64,000 bases of DNA from Actinomycetota bacterium (lineage in GTDB: Bacteria > Actinomycetota > Geothermincolia > Geothermincolales > RBG-13-55-18): NCBI GenBank assembly GCA_016931915.1, contig JAFGDU010000046.1, positions 410-64,409 on the forward strand, read 5' to 3'. The notes under the pieces are model-generated. The model saw nothing but the letters and a program-made list of their open reading frames with translations. It was not told where the DNA came from and searched no databases. The translations under genes were made by a program, and so were the position numbers. Shown here in pieces: positions 20,509 through 30,291 of this stretch. Numbering within the stretch: the stretch's first letter is position 1; each line of letters begins with the position of its first letter.

Positions 20509-21063
20509 ATGGAAGGTGGTGCAGCGGGATTGGCGATAGAATTCGAGCCGGACAGCGCATTACTCGTAATCGATATGCTAAACGACTTCATCGCAGACGA
20601 AGGTGCTCTGCTGGTTCCGGGGGCCAAGCGGATCGTGCCGAGAATAGCGGAGGTGCTCGCGGATGCCAGGCGGCGGGATATCCCGGTAATCTATGTAACG
20701 GACAGCCACCGCCCGGACGACCACGAATTTCGTTTCTGGCCGGCGCATGCGGTCTCCGATACCTGGGGAGGGGAGATCGTCAAGGAACTCGAGCCTGCAG
20801 AGGGCGATTACATCATACCCAAGCGCAGGTACAGCGCTTTTTTTGGAACAGACCTCGACACCTTTCTCAGAGAGCTGGAGATCAAAAAGATCTATCTGAC
20901 CGGGGTACTGACCAATATCTGTGTTTACGCCACCGCCATGGATGCGTCCATGCGCAACTACCATGTCGCGGTGTTCAAGGATGCCGTTGCATCGCTGAGC
21001 GAAGAGACAGACCGTTTTATCTTCGGGCAGCTGGAGGACGTTATCCAGGCCGAGTTGCTCTGA
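20509..21063 (+). CDS. Isochorismatase-family cysteine hydrolase (nicotinamidase-like)
   Basis: LLVIDMLNDF, YVTDSH, IPKRRYSAFFGTDLD and LTGVLTNICV (catalytic Cys). Start uncertain; the ORF track begins at 20461. Confidence 0.8.
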   Translation: MEGGAAGLAIEFEPDSALLVIDMLNDFIADEGALLVPGAKRIVPRIAEVLADARRRDIPVIYVTDSHRPDDHEFRFWPAHAVSDTWGGEIVKELEPAEGDYIIPKRRYSAFFGTDLDTFLRELEIKKIYLTGVLTNICVYATAMDASMRNYHVAVFKDAVASLSEETDRFIFGQLEDVIQAELL

Positions 21064-21163
21064 CATGATAAGGATGCTATCCTGCGTGGGCGAACGGTTT
21101 ATCGAGCCGTCGATATCCGGACCTCCGAACCGCCCTCGGCTATGATCAGGAAGGAAGATACGG

Positions 21164-22009
21164 TTGATCCCGCACGACTTCGCGCCCCCTTGGCGCCTGA
21201 TACATACCGAACCGGCGAGCGGTGCCTCCAACATGGCCCTGGACCAGGCGCTGCTGGAGGCCGCCTCGGGGGATAAGCTGCCCGTCACGTTACGTTTCTA
21301 CCGCTGGGACCCCCCCGCCCTTTCCATAGGACGTTTTCAGCCCCTGAGCGACGTGGACCTCGATGCCTGTGCCTCCGAAGGCATCGAAGTAGTGCGCCGC
21401 CCGACAGGGGGCAAGAGCATCCTGCATCTGGACGATTTCACCTACAGTATCGTAATCCCACGTGGATTACCGCTCCCGGAGAACGTCATAACGGCATACC
21501 GCCTGATCAGCGGCGGTATTCTGCGCGCGTTGCGGCACCTGGGTCTTACCGCCGTACTGCAATCTCGAGCCAGCGAGGATTACCGCGCAGCGGGCGGAGC
21601 CTGTTTCGCTGCCGCGACCCAGGCTGATCTTGAATACAATGGTAAAAAGCTGTGCGGGAGCGCGCAGGTACGCCGTGGGGGGGCCACCCTCCAGCACGGC
21701 TCCATCATGATCGAGGATCATTCCGATATGCTCTTCGGCCTGCTGCGTTTCGACGGCACGGCGGAGATGGAGCTCCAGCGGGAGCATTACCGCTTGCGCT
21801 GCACAGCCTTGAGCCAGGTCGACATGCCCTGCACCTGGGCGGACCTGGCGGGGTCTTTCGTTTCGGGGTTCCGCGAGGCTTTTGACGTTGACATCTCGCC
21901 GGGCAGCCTGTCCACGTGGGAGAAAGAGCGCTGGCACATCCTGACCGACGCGTACGCATCATCACCATGGCTAGATAACGCAGATTCACATGCTTTCCCG
22001 CAGGCCTGA
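21164..22009 (+). CDS. Lipoate-protein ligase / octanoyltransferase family (BPL/LPL catalytic domain)
   Basis: NMALDQALLE, LRFYRWDPPALSIGRFQ, VVRRPTGGKSILH and GKKLCGSAQVRRGGATLQHGSI. Confidence 0.8.
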   Translation: MIPHDFAPPWRLIHTEPASGASNMALDQALLEAASGDKLPVTLRFYRWDPPALSIGRFQPLSDVDLDACASEGIEVVRRPTGGKSILHLDDFTYSIVIPRGLPLPENVITAYRLISGGILRALRHLGLTAVLQSRASEDYRAAGGACFAAATQADLEYNGKKLCGSAQVRRGGATLQHGSIMIEDHSDMLFGLLRFDGTAEMELQREHYRLRCTALSQVDMPCTWADLAGSFVSGFREAFDVDISPGSLSTWEKERWHILTDAYASSPWLDNADSHAFPQA

Positions 22010-22098
22010 TGGGGCCGGCACAATTAGGTCTTATGGCAGAGCCGATATTCTGTTAGAATCTTAATTGATCTTCATGCTCACTTTAAGGAGGGTTGCCC

Positions 22099-22407
22099 AT
22101 GGGCGAGGAGGAAAAAAAGACACCAGGAGTTCCTCCACATGAGGTTTACATTGACTACAGCAGCAAAAGCGACGATGAACTGCGCAATATCCTCGAAGAC
22201 CTGCTGAAAGAGGAGAGCAAGGTCTCTTATCAGCGACGTGTGCTGCACGGCAAGATCGATATTCTCCGCGCCGAGCTCGTGAGGAGGAAAAAGAGCAGCT
22301 TGAAGGAAGGCAAGTCCATCATCAGCGATGAGGATATCGGGAGGCTGAGCGAGATCCTGGCTGGCGAAGCGCTGGGTATACACCGCAACGACCCCACCAG
22401 CGACTGA
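22099..22407 (+). CDS. RsiG-family-like small coiled-coil protein (putative c-di-GMP-binding anti-sigma factor), single-motif type
   Basis: EESKVSYQRRVLHGKIDILRAELVRR fits the RsiG signature E-x3-S-x2-R-x3-(Q/H)-x3-D once, at nt 22213-22260. The ATG at 22099 lies 6 nt after AAGGAGGG. Confidence 0.6.
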   Translation: MGEEEKKTPGVPPHEVYIDYSSKSDDELRNILEDLLKEESKVSYQRRVLHGKIDILRAELVRRKKSSLKEGKSIISDEDIGRLSEILAGEALGIHRNDPTSD

Positions 22408-22436
22408 ACCTTCCTCAAACTCTAAATGTAAGGTTT

Positions 22437-22465
22437 TTGTTTAAATCCAAACCGATTCATATTAT
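22437..22465 (+). promoter_or_regulatory. Promoter candidate for the FHA-MerR operon
   Basis: TTGTTT (22437-22442), 17-nt spacer, TATTAT (22460-22465). Confidence 0.45.
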
Positions 22466-22539
22466 TATGTAAGTCGGATACCCCGTGTTCGCGGTATGGA
22501 TCGTTTTCCTGCAAACGCTGCCGAAAGGAGGAATGACCT

Positions 22540-23016
22540 ATGTTCTGCACAAAATGCGGTCATTATAATCCCGAAAGCAGTATCTTCTGTGCGCGATGTG
22601 GAATGCGTTTCGATCAGGAGGATGCGTCCCTCGGCGAAACCGCCGTGGGCCTACCGGCGGTGGAGACGGAATCGGAAGAGGAGGTCGAGTTCTCGCTGCC
22701 CCCCGAACCCCTCGAAGCGGGCAACGCCCTGCTGGTGATCAAAAAAGGGCCCGATGCGGGCATGAGTTTTACCATCAACCGCGAGGTCATCGTGGTCGGG
22801 CGGCACCCTGAGAGCGATATTTTCCTCGATGACATCACCGTATCGCGAAAGCACGCGGAAATCAGGCGTGAGGGCAATACATTCAGACTCCTTGACACGG
22901 GCTCATTAAATGGCACCTATCTCAACCATGAGCGTATAGAGACATCTTCACTGGGGAACGGCGATGAGATACAGATAGGCAAGTTCCGGCTTCTCTTTTT
23001 TACCGGAGCAGGATGA
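22540..23016 (+). CDS. Zinc-ribbon + FHA domain protein (GarA/OdhI-like context)
   Basis: N-terminal CTKCG...CARCG ribbon and an acidic linker. The FHA core is VVGRHPESDIFLDDITVSRKHAEIRREGNTFRLLDTGSLNGTYLN. Confidence 0.88.
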   Translation: MFCTKCGHYNPESSIFCARCGMRFDQEDASLGETAVGLPAVETESEEEVEFSLPPEPLEAGNALLVIKKGPDAGMSFTINREVIVVGRHPESDIFLDDITVSRKHAEIRREGNTFRLLDTGSLNGTYLNHERIETSSLGNGDEIQIGKFRLLFFTGAG

Positions 23017-23762
23017 GGGCGGTTATGCAAATGGAAAAACAGAGAGAAAAGATGAGCATTGGGGATCTGCTCAAGTCCTTGAAGGAAGAGTTTCCCGATC
23101 TCACCATCTCGAAGATAAGATTTCTTGAGAGCGAGGGACTCATAGAGCCGGAGAGGACCCCCTCCGGATACCGCAAATTCAGCCAGACGGATGCCCAGAG
23201 GCTGCGTCTTATCCTCAAACTGCAGCGGGAGAAGTATCTCCCCCTCAAAGTCATCCGGGAGAAGATCGATGAATTGGAGAGCGGCAAGGCGAAGGCGGGC
23301 GATCTCGTTCCCGGCATGATAGGTTCCCTCGAGGTAGGGGAGGACCTGGTAGCCTACGATGACTCTACGCTACTGGTGGAGCAGGCCCCACAAGCACTGG
23401 ATGTAGATGCCTCTTTTCTGACTACACTGGAGGAATTCGGCCTCGTCTGCCCACACGAAGGAGATGAAGGGCCATACTACGACAAGGAGGACGTCAAAAT
23501 CCTGCGTATCGCCAGGGAGTTCTCGCGCTACGGCTTTGAGCCTCGCCATATGCGCATGTACGAGAACCTCACGGACCGTGAAGCACTATCCTTCGAGCAG
23601 ATCATCATGCCTGCCTTGAAATCCAAGGACCCGGAAGCCAAGCGCAGGGCCCTTGATAATCTACTCCAGCTGGTAAACCTTTCGCGCGAACTCAAGGACC
23701 TTCTTCTCAAGAACCGGGTTAAGGAGTATTTCCAGAAATCTAACCAACCTATTCCGTTTTGA
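23013..23762 (+). CDS. MerR-family transcriptional regulator (FtsR/Rv1828-like context)
   Basis: MerR HTH ISKIRFLESEGLIEPERTPSGYRKFSQTDAQRLRLILKLQREKYLPLKVIRE. ATGA overlap with the FHA gene stop. Confidence 0.85.
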   Translation: MRAVMQMEKQREKMSIGDLLKSLKEEFPDLTISKIRFLESEGLIEPERTPSGYRKFSQTDAQRLRLILKLQREKYLPLKVIREKIDELESGKAKAGDLVPGMIGSLEVGEDLVAYDDSTLLVEQAPQALDVDASFLTTLEEFGLVCPHEGDEGPYYDKEDVKILRIAREFSRYGFEPRHMRMYENLTDREALSFEQIIMPALKSKDPEAKRRALDNLLQLVNLSRELKDLLLKNRVKEYFQKSNQPIPF

Positions 23763-23807
23763 AAGGCAAGTGAGATTTCTTCCCAACCGCGTTTCATCGC
23801 CGACCGC

Positions 23808-24260
23808 ATGCTCGGAAGACTGGCACGTTACCTGAGGCTCATGGGCTACGATGTCTCCTACCCGCAGGCCAGCTCAGATGCTCGCCTCATAGCCACGGCC
23901 AGAACCGAAGGAAGGGTTCTTCTCACGCGAGACCGCGGTATATCCCTCCGCGATGGTCCTCGCGCCGGCAACCCTATAGTGATAGAGATAGCTTCTGATG
24001 AGATAATGAGCCAGCTGGCACAGCTGGTGGGAACCGGCTGGGTAACCCGTTTCCTTGAACCACGTTGCTCGCTGTGCAACGCGCGCCTGGAGCCGATGGG
24101 GGGATGGGAGGCAAGGCACCTGCTTCCACCCTTCACCCTGGCCACCCAGTGCCTGTTCCTCTATTGCAGCTCCTGCAATACCGTCCTCTGGGAAGGCAGC
24201 CACTGGAAACACTTTCGCGAGAGCACCATGCCTGCATTCGATTTGGCGCGAAAGGCTTGA
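23808..24260 (+). CDS. Mut7-C RNase domain (DUF82, PIN-like) protein with C-terminal zinc ribbon
   Basis: MLGRLARYLRLMGYDV...LLTRDR plus CSLCN...CSSCN. The upstream in-frame RFIADR also looks family-typical, so the start may be non-ATG upstream. Confidence 0.7.
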   Translation: MLGRLARYLRLMGYDVSYPQASSDARLIATARTEGRVLLTRDRGISLRDGPRAGNPIVIEIASDEIMSQLAQLVGTGWVTRFLEPRCSLCNARLEPMGGWEARHLLPPFTLATQCLFLYCSSCNTVLWEGSHWKHFRESTMPAFDLARKA

Positions 24261-24361
24261 AAGCCAGCATGTTTCCGACTGCTCAAGAGCATGCGCTTGC
24301 GCCATGCATCAAGCAAAGGCCAAATCCGCTGTTAAAAAGGCCCACATCGCGTTTCGCGGGT

Positions 24362-24391
24362 TTGAATTGACAGTGCGGGTTGCTATAGAAT
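24362..24391 (+). promoter_or_regulatory. Promoter candidate for mgtE
   Basis: TTGAAT (24362-24367), 18-nt spacer, TAGAAT (24386-24391). Confidence 0.4.
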
Positions 24392-24475
24392 TGTCCAGGG
24401 TAATCGATAGCTGCATGAGCGCGTTCGGGTTAAGCTGCCTAAACAGCCCCCGAGCTCGTCCCCGGGAGGTGGAAG

Positions 24476-26272
24476 TTGCTCTTCTTCTCCGATCTCCAGG
24501 AACTCAAGGTCGTTGACAGCGCGGGGCGCACGGTCGGCAAGCTCCATGACATCGGCATGGGGCTGCCCGGTAACCTGCCCCAGAGCGAATTCCTGGTCAT
24601 CTCCCGTATGAGACGGGGTCGCAAGGAGATGGTCTCTGTCCCATGGACCTGGGTATCTTCACTGCAGTCCTCACAAATGCAGCTCGACCGCGAAAGAGAA
24701 GAGATATGGCAGAGTGAATACTCGCCCTCCGGCATACTGCTCGGACGCAACCTTCTGGATCGGCAGATCGTAGACCTGCACGGCAACAAAGTGGTAAGAG
24801 TAAACGATCTACGCATGGCAAAGTTCGATTCCAACCTGCGCCTTACCGGGGTCGACGTCAGCCAGAAAGCCCTCCTGCGCAGGCTGGGCCTGGAGAAAAC
24901 GGCGTCAAAAGTCCTGCACCTCGTAGGTGGCGACCTGCCCGAAAAAACCATACCCTGGGACTTCGTCGCTCCCCTTGAAGTGCAGCAACCCGATCTCAAG
25001 CTCACCGTGACCAAAACGCAATTGAGCGAGCTGCATCCCACCGATATCGCGGACATCATAGAACAGCTGGAACCCCCGTATCGCGAAAGGCTGTTCGATC
25101 TCCTGGGGGCCTTTATCGCGGCCGAGTCACTTGCGGAAGTCGAGCCGGGCAAGCAGGCAGATGTCATCGAGGACCTTACCGAGATCAAAGCCTCGAACCT
25201 TCTGGAGATAATGCCTCCGGACGAAGCCACCGATATACTCGCGCTTCTGCCGCGCGATAAAGCAGAACGCCTCCTGAACATCATGGGAGTACAGGAGGCC
25301 GTTATAATCAGGGAGCTGCTGGGATATGGCGAAGACACGGCGGGGGGCCGCATGACGCCGGAATTCCTCTCCGTGCCCAGCTCCTTCAGCGCCCGTGAAG
25401 CCCTCGCCTATCTACGCGAGAATGCCCCGGACGCGGAGACGCTTTATTACGTATATGTCAAAGATAACGAGGGACGCTTGAAGGGCGTGGTTTCGCTGCG
25501 TGATCTCCTCACCTCGCCCCAGGAAGAAAAGGTGGAGGATTTCATGTACCGCGACGTGATATCCGTCAACGTCTTCGAGGACCAGGAGGTCGTAGCAGAC
25601 ACTATGAGCCGGTACAACTTCCTGGCCCTGCCCGTAGTGGACGATGACAACAGCATCAAGGGCATCATAACCGTTGACGACATGATAGACGTCATACGCG
25701 AGGAAGCCATCGAGGACCTTTCCCACCTCGGAGGCCTGGAACTGTCGGAAGGCGGAGCGGCGCCTTCTTTGCGTACAAGGCTGCCCTCTGTCCTCGTCAC
25801 TCTCCTCGGCGGCATGGCGGCTGCACTGCTCCTTTCGGGTTTTGAAGACCGCCTTGCCACCCTCATCTCCCTTGTCTTCTTCATCCCCCTTATCTTGAGG
25901 GCTGCACAGGACATAAGTATCGTTTCCCAGGCTGTCGTCCTGGAGGAGATCGGCGGGAAGGACATCGGCTGGAGGGAGATCCTGCTCATGATCTGGAAAG
26001 AGATGCGTGTAGTCCTTCTCATCTCCCTTGGGCTCGCGGTTCTGGGAGGGGTTGTGGCGGCAATGTGGGAGGATTACGTCCGCTTCGGGATCGCTATCGG
26101 CCTGACCCTGTTTATCACCGTCGTCGCGGGAACCGCCGTAGGCATATGCCTTCCTCTGATTTCCCGCCGCGTCAAAGGCGAGCTTCGTTATACCCAGGCG
26201 CGTTTTTCATCCCTTGTTGTAGCCTTGACCACCCTTGCCGTCTACCTGGGTATCTCCACGGCGCTTCTGTGA
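24476..26272 (+). CDS. mgtE: Magnesium transporter MgtE with N-terminal PRC-barrel extension
   Basis: The first ~150 aa carry two PRC-barrel-like segments (VVDSAGRTVGKLHDIGM; IVDLHGNKVVRVNDL). These are followed by MgtE_N (HPTDIADIIEQLE), a CBS pair and a 5-TM MgtE domain. TTG start follows GGGAGGTGG. Confidence 0.8.
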   Translation: MLFFSDLQELKVVDSAGRTVGKLHDIGMGLPGNLPQSEFLVISRMRRGRKEMVSVPWTWVSSLQSSQMQLDREREEIWQSEYSPSGILLGRNLLDRQIVDLHGNKVVRVNDLRMAKFDSNLRLTGVDVSQKALLRRLGLEKTASKVLHLVGGDLPEKTIPWDFVAPLEVQQPDLKLTVTKTQLSELHPTDIADIIEQLEPPYRERLFDLLGAFIAAESLAEVEPGKQADVIEDLTEIKASNLLEIMPPDEATDILALLPRDKAERLLNIMGVQEAVIIRELLGYGEDTAGGRMTPEFLSVPSSFSAREALAYLRENAPDAETLYYVYVKDNEGRLKGVVSLRDLLTSPQEEKVEDFMYRDVISVNVFEDQEVVADTMSRYNFLALPVVDDDNSIKGIITVDDMIDVIREEAIEDLSHLGGLELSEGGAAPSLRTRLPSVLVTLLGGMAAALLLSGFEDRLATLISLVFFIPLILRAAQDISIVSQAVVLEEIGGKDIGWREILLMIWKEMRVVLLISLGLAVLGGVVAAMWEDYVRFGIAIGLTLFITVVAGTAVGICLPLISRRVKGELRYTQARFSSLVVALTTLAVYLGISTALL

Positions 26273-26342
26273 CACGCCGCGTGAACCCCACGCCGTGTCA
26301 ATATTGCCATTGCATCGCACATTGCTCAAAGCTGGTGACCTC

Positions 26343-27782
26343 ATGCAGTGTCATCTGCTACACTCCTCTTTGATGAGGGATATAGACCAGTTCGAGAAGC
26401 CGCAACAGCCGAGGACGCGCAGGGAGCTCACGGACGACGAAAGGCGAGAGATCCTCGAGAGGAGGATCAGGGAGCTGCGCAAGAGGAAGCGCGCGCAAAG
26501 GAGAAAGGCCAACCAGCCTTTTCGCCTGGGCGCAGTCATCTTTCTCGCAGCTCTTTTATTGCTCTTTACCTTCTCGTGCATATACTTGCTTGCTTCCAGT
26601 GGCGAGGACGAGCGCTACCTTGCAGTGGACCTGCCCGCATCCAACCTGGAGGACTTCGACAGCCTTGCTCTGTCGACAGAAACCGTGTCCGTACCAGCCA
26701 TCAGTGCCGTTGCAGCCATACTCGTTGACCCGCTCACCGATGACGTACTATACGAGGAGAATGCAGATCAACCCCTGCCCATGGCCTCCACTACAAAGAT
26801 CATGACGGCGGTACTGGCGCTGGAAAACGCGTCTCTGCAGGAGACCACGACCATCAGCGATCAAGCCAGCGCGGTAGGGGAATCATCTGCATGGCTTGAA
26901 ACAGGGGAGGTGCTATCGGTCGAGCAGCTGCTCTACGCCTTGATGCTGCAGTCGGCCAACGATGCCGCCGTCGCCCTGGCGGAACACGTTGGGGGCAGCG
27001 AGGAAGCCTTCGTGGAAATGATGAACGCCAAGGCGACCGAAATGGGTCTCACGCACACCTCTTTCAAAAACCCTCATGGACTGGACGAGGAAGGCCATTA
27101 TACGTCCGCCAGGGATCTCGCGGCCATCGCGTCATACGCTATGGATATACCGAAATTCAGGGAAATAGCGGTGACGGATGAATACGAGATCCCTTGGCCC
27201 AACAACCCGTATCCACGCGTAATGCAGAACCATAACAGGTTCCTGGAGATGTACCAGAATGCCACCGGGATCAAGACCGGTTATACCCTGGGGGCGGGTT
27301 TATGCCTGGTGGCCGGAGCCACTAAAGACGACAGCGAACTGATATCGGTGGTCCTCAACGGGGGCAGCTCGTACTGGGATCAGACAATATCCCTTATGGA
27401 ATACGGCTTCAACAACTTTGCTCACGTCGAGTTCGCGTATTCCGGCCAGCCCCTGGCGGAAGTAGAGGTGGGGGATTTTCCGCGCCGCAAGGTCAATGCC
27501 GTTGGCTCTGACGACCTTATCTTTACCGTGCGCAGAGACCGCCTGGACAGCTATGAAAGCGCTGAATTACATTACCTCGCATGGGTCTCCTACCCGGTCG
27601 AGGCGGGCCAGGACGTTGGCTATATGTTGGTTGCAGGGGGAACCCCGCACGAATGCAGCGAGAAAATCGTAAGCGACGGATATCGCAACACTCCCAGCTT
27701 CCTGGTCCGCCTCCTTGCTTTCCTGGGGGCGGTTTTCGGGCTATGGTGGAAGGGGATACTGTGGCTCATACCAGGATTGTGA
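26343..27782 (+). CDS. D-alanyl-D-alanine carboxypeptidase (peptidase S11, PBP5-like)
   Basis: SxxK (ASTTKIMT), SxN (SANDAA) and KTG (KTGYT) motifs, with a basic cytoplasmic tail plus TM at the N-terminus. Start uncertain (26235, 26343 or 26373). Confidence 0.85.
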   Translation: MQCHLLHSSLMRDIDQFEKPQQPRTRRELTDDERREILERRIRELRKRKRAQRRKANQPFRLGAVIFLAALLLLFTFSCIYLLASSGEDERYLAVDLPASNLEDFDSLALSTETVSVPAISAVAAILVDPLTDDVLYEENADQPLPMASTTKIMTAVLALENASLQETTTISDQASAVGESSAWLETGEVLSVEQLLYALMLQSANDAAVALAEHVGGSEEAFVEMMNAKATEMGLTHTSFKNPHGLDEEGHYTSARDLAAIASYAMDIPKFREIAVTDEYEIPWPNNPYPRVMQNHNRFLEMYQNATGIKTGYTLGAGLCLVAGATKDDSELISVVLNGGSSYWDQTISLMEYGFNNFAHVEFAYSGQPLAEVEVGDFPRRKVNAVGSDDLIFTVRRDRLDSYESAELHYLAWVSYPVEAGQDVGYMLVAGGTPHECSEKIVSDGYRNTPSFLVRLLAFLGAVFGLWWKGILWLIPGL

Positions 27783-27811
27783 CGTACGTGGGAAGGTAGG
27801 GTTGCCTAGAT

Positions 27812-28357
27812 ATGTTTCCTGGCATCATAGAGCATGTTGCTTTCAGTGAGGAGGAGATATCACGGCGCGTACAGGAACTGGGTGCGGAGATATCCGCTGA
27901 CTTCAGGGGAAGACGCGGGCCCCTGGCGGTAATCAGTATGCTCAAGGGGAGTTTTATCTTCCTGGCTGACCTCATACGTGCCACCGATGTGGATATCTCG
28001 GTGGACTTCATGTCCATAACCAGCTACCGGGAATCGAGCCCGGACTCCAGCGGCGTACGAATAGTCAAAGACCTCTCGGAAGGCATCCGTGATCGTGATG
28101 TACTCGTGGTCGAGGACATCATCGATACCGGCTTGACCTTGAGCTACATACTTCGCAACCTGAGAGAGCGAAGCCCTCGTGATCTAAGAGTGTGTACGCT
28201 CCTCGATCGTTCCGAAAGCCGCATCGCTCCGCTCCATATAGACTACAGGGGCTTCGAGGTAGGGGAGGAGTTCCTGGTCGGCTACGGCCTCGACTACCTG
28301 CAGAAGTGGAGAAACCTGCGCTTTATCTGCACCCTCAGCGAAAGCAGTATGGGCTGA
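27812..28357 (+). CDS. hpt: Hypoxanthine phosphoribosyltransferase
   Basis: PRPP motif VLVVEDIIDTGLTLSY, plus LKGSFIFLADL and VGYGLDY. Confidence 0.92.
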   Translation: MFPGIIEHVAFSEEEISRRVQELGAEISADFRGRRGPLAVISMLKGSFIFLADLIRATDVDISVDFMSITSYRESSPDSSGVRIVKDLSEGIRDRDVLVVEDIIDTGLTLSYILRNLRERSPRDLRVCTLLDRSESRIAPLHIDYRGFEVGEEFLVGYGLDYLQKWRNLRFICTLSESSMG

Positions 28358-28494
28358 CGGGTGCTCCTGGTCGTGACGCCCGTTCATGCAACGCATCCGT
28401 GAACTTAGACCAAGCCTCGGGTAGAATATAATAGAGGCTGATTGACAGGCACGAGAGGGTACTATAGTTTAGCCTTGATACACGTAAGGAAGTG

Positions 28495-28971
28495 ATGGCA
28501 ATGGTCGAGTTGACACTGATAGGCGTCAGGGTCGAGCTGCCCGCAAATCAGCCTATTGTGCTTCTCAAGGAGAGAACGGGTGACCGTTTCCTGCCCATAT
28601 GGATAGGAGCCTTCGAGGCCACAGCCATCGCCTTTGCTCTGCAGGGAATCGAGACCGCTCGCCCCATGACCCACGATCTCATGAAGAACATCATGGACAA
28701 ACTGGGTATCACCATGAAAAAAGTGGTGATCTCCGACCTGAGAGAGGGGACCTTCTACGCGGATATAACCCTCGATTTCGGCGGCAAGCCCTTCAAGATA
28801 GACGCCAGGCCAAGCGACGCCATCGCCCTGGCGGTAAGAACCGGCGTTACCATTTTCTCGGACGAGCACGTCCTGAACGAGGCCAGCGTGTTTATCGAGA
28901 CCGAGGACGAGGAAGAGATAGAGCGTTTCCGCGATTTCCTCAAGGACGTCAAACCAGAGGACTTCATGTAA
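28495..28971 (+). CDS. Bifunctional nuclease family protein (DUF151)
   Basis: PIVLLKE...RFLPIWIGAFEATAIAFALQGIETARPMTHDLM...RPSDAIALAVR. Confidence 0.85.
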   Translation: MAMVELTLIGVRVELPANQPIVLLKERTGDRFLPIWIGAFEATAIAFALQGIETARPMTHDLMKNIMDKLGITMKKVVISDLREGTFYADITLDFGGKPFKIDARPSDAIALAVRTGVTIFSDEHVLNEASVFIETEDEEEIERFRDFLKDVKPEDFM

Positions 28972-29123
28972 GTCGGTCGAGCCCCAGAATGGCCCCTTTG
29001 TTCCTGACCGTAGCAGGTTTCCGTTGCGCATTCGCGAATAGGATTATAGCTACCGACAATCAAGTACGATACTATTCTTGGTGTATGGTTACGGGTTGAT
29101 ACGAGGAAAGGTCAGGTTGAGGA

Positions 29124-30173
29124 TTGGAGCGGCTCAGGGCCCTGGAAAAGGCCGTACTGCTACTGTTCACCATTCTCGTTGTCGGCATCTTCGGCTATAT
29201 GATCATCGAGAACGCCGACTTCCTGGACTCGCTGTATATGGTGGTCATCACGGTCACCACCATCGGTTATGGGGAGGTTTTTCCTCTCGGCACGGGAGGA
29301 GAGATCTTCACCATCTTCCTCATCATCGCCGGTGTCGGCACTGTGGGTTATACCCTTGTCAGTGCCGTAGAGTTTATGATAGAGAATAGCCTTTCCGGAT
29401 TTATGGGGAGGAGGAAGATGCGCAAGGATATCGAAAACATGCTGGGCCATTACATATTATGCGGATATGGCAGGGTCGGCCAGCATATAGCGGACGACCT
29501 CAAGAGCGCCGAAGCGACCTTCGTGGTCATAGAGAATGATCCGATTGCAGCCGAGAAGGCTTCGGACCAGGGCTTACTGGTGATAAAGGCCGACGCGACC
29601 AGCGATGAGACCCTCAAGGAAGCGGGCATAGAAAACGCCAAGGGTCTCGTTTCGGCACTGTCCAGCGACGCGGAAAACCTCTATATAACCTTGACGGCGA
29701 GGGAGCTGTGCCCCCATCTATTCATAGTCAGCCGCTGCGATGCCGAGGAGTCGGAACCCAAGCTGAGGCGCGCCGGAGCGGACAGGGTGATATCTCCTCA
29801 TTCCATCGGAGGCAGGCGCATGGCGGCCATGCTCCTCAAGCCCACGGTATGGGATTACCTGGATCTGGTGACCAGGGGGCAGTATATCGAGTTCAACATC
29901 GAGAACCTGGAGTGGCGTATCGACGATGTGGAGATCCAGCCCAACTCCTACCTCGATGGGAAGTCCATAGATGAGGCTAAGATATACTCCGTATCCGGAG
30001 CTCTCGTCCTGGCCGTAAAGAAGCGCGGCCTCGGGTTCAACACCAAGCCGGCCAAGGATACACGCCTGGATCCCGGCGATTATATCGTAGCCATCGGCAC
30101 CGTCGAACAGCTCGCCAAGCTGGAGGAGATAGCGACCTCGAAGGCATGGTCCCAGGGCGGTCGATACACTTAG
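29124..30173 (+). CDS. Potassium channel protein with RCK (TrkA-N/TrkA-C) domains
   Basis: Selectivity filter TVTTIGYGEV, a Rossmann segment ILCGYGRVGQ and a C-terminal TrkA-C domain. Confidence 0.88.
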   Translation: MERLRALEKAVLLLFTILVVGIFGYMIIENADFLDSLYMVVITVTTIGYGEVFPLGTGGEIFTIFLIIAGVGTVGYTLVSAVEFMIENSLSGFMGRRKMRKDIENMLGHYILCGYGRVGQHIADDLKSAEATFVVIENDPIAAEKASDQGLLVIKADATSDETLKEAGIENAKGLVSALSSDAENLYITLTARELCPHLFIVSRCDAEESEPKLRRAGADRVISPHSIGGRRMAAMLLKPTVWDYLDLVTRGQYIEFNIENLEWRIDDVEIQPNSYLDGKSIDEAKIYSVSGALVLAVKKRGLGFNTKPAKDTRLDPGDYIVAIGTVEQLAKLEEIATSKAWSQGGRYT

Positions 30174-30291
30174 TCCATATACCTCTTCCTTAACTTCATG
30201 TATGGCAGTCATAGGTTAACCTGTTCTTCAAGTAAAGAGGTTTTGCTATTATTATGTTTGTAATGAACGCAGGGCTCGAACGGATATCGAT

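Noticed and set aside
24261-24475. M-box (Mg) riboswitch upstream of mgtE.
   Set aside because: The region after the best promoter candidate is only about 80 nt and shows none of the M-box conserved stretches I recall.
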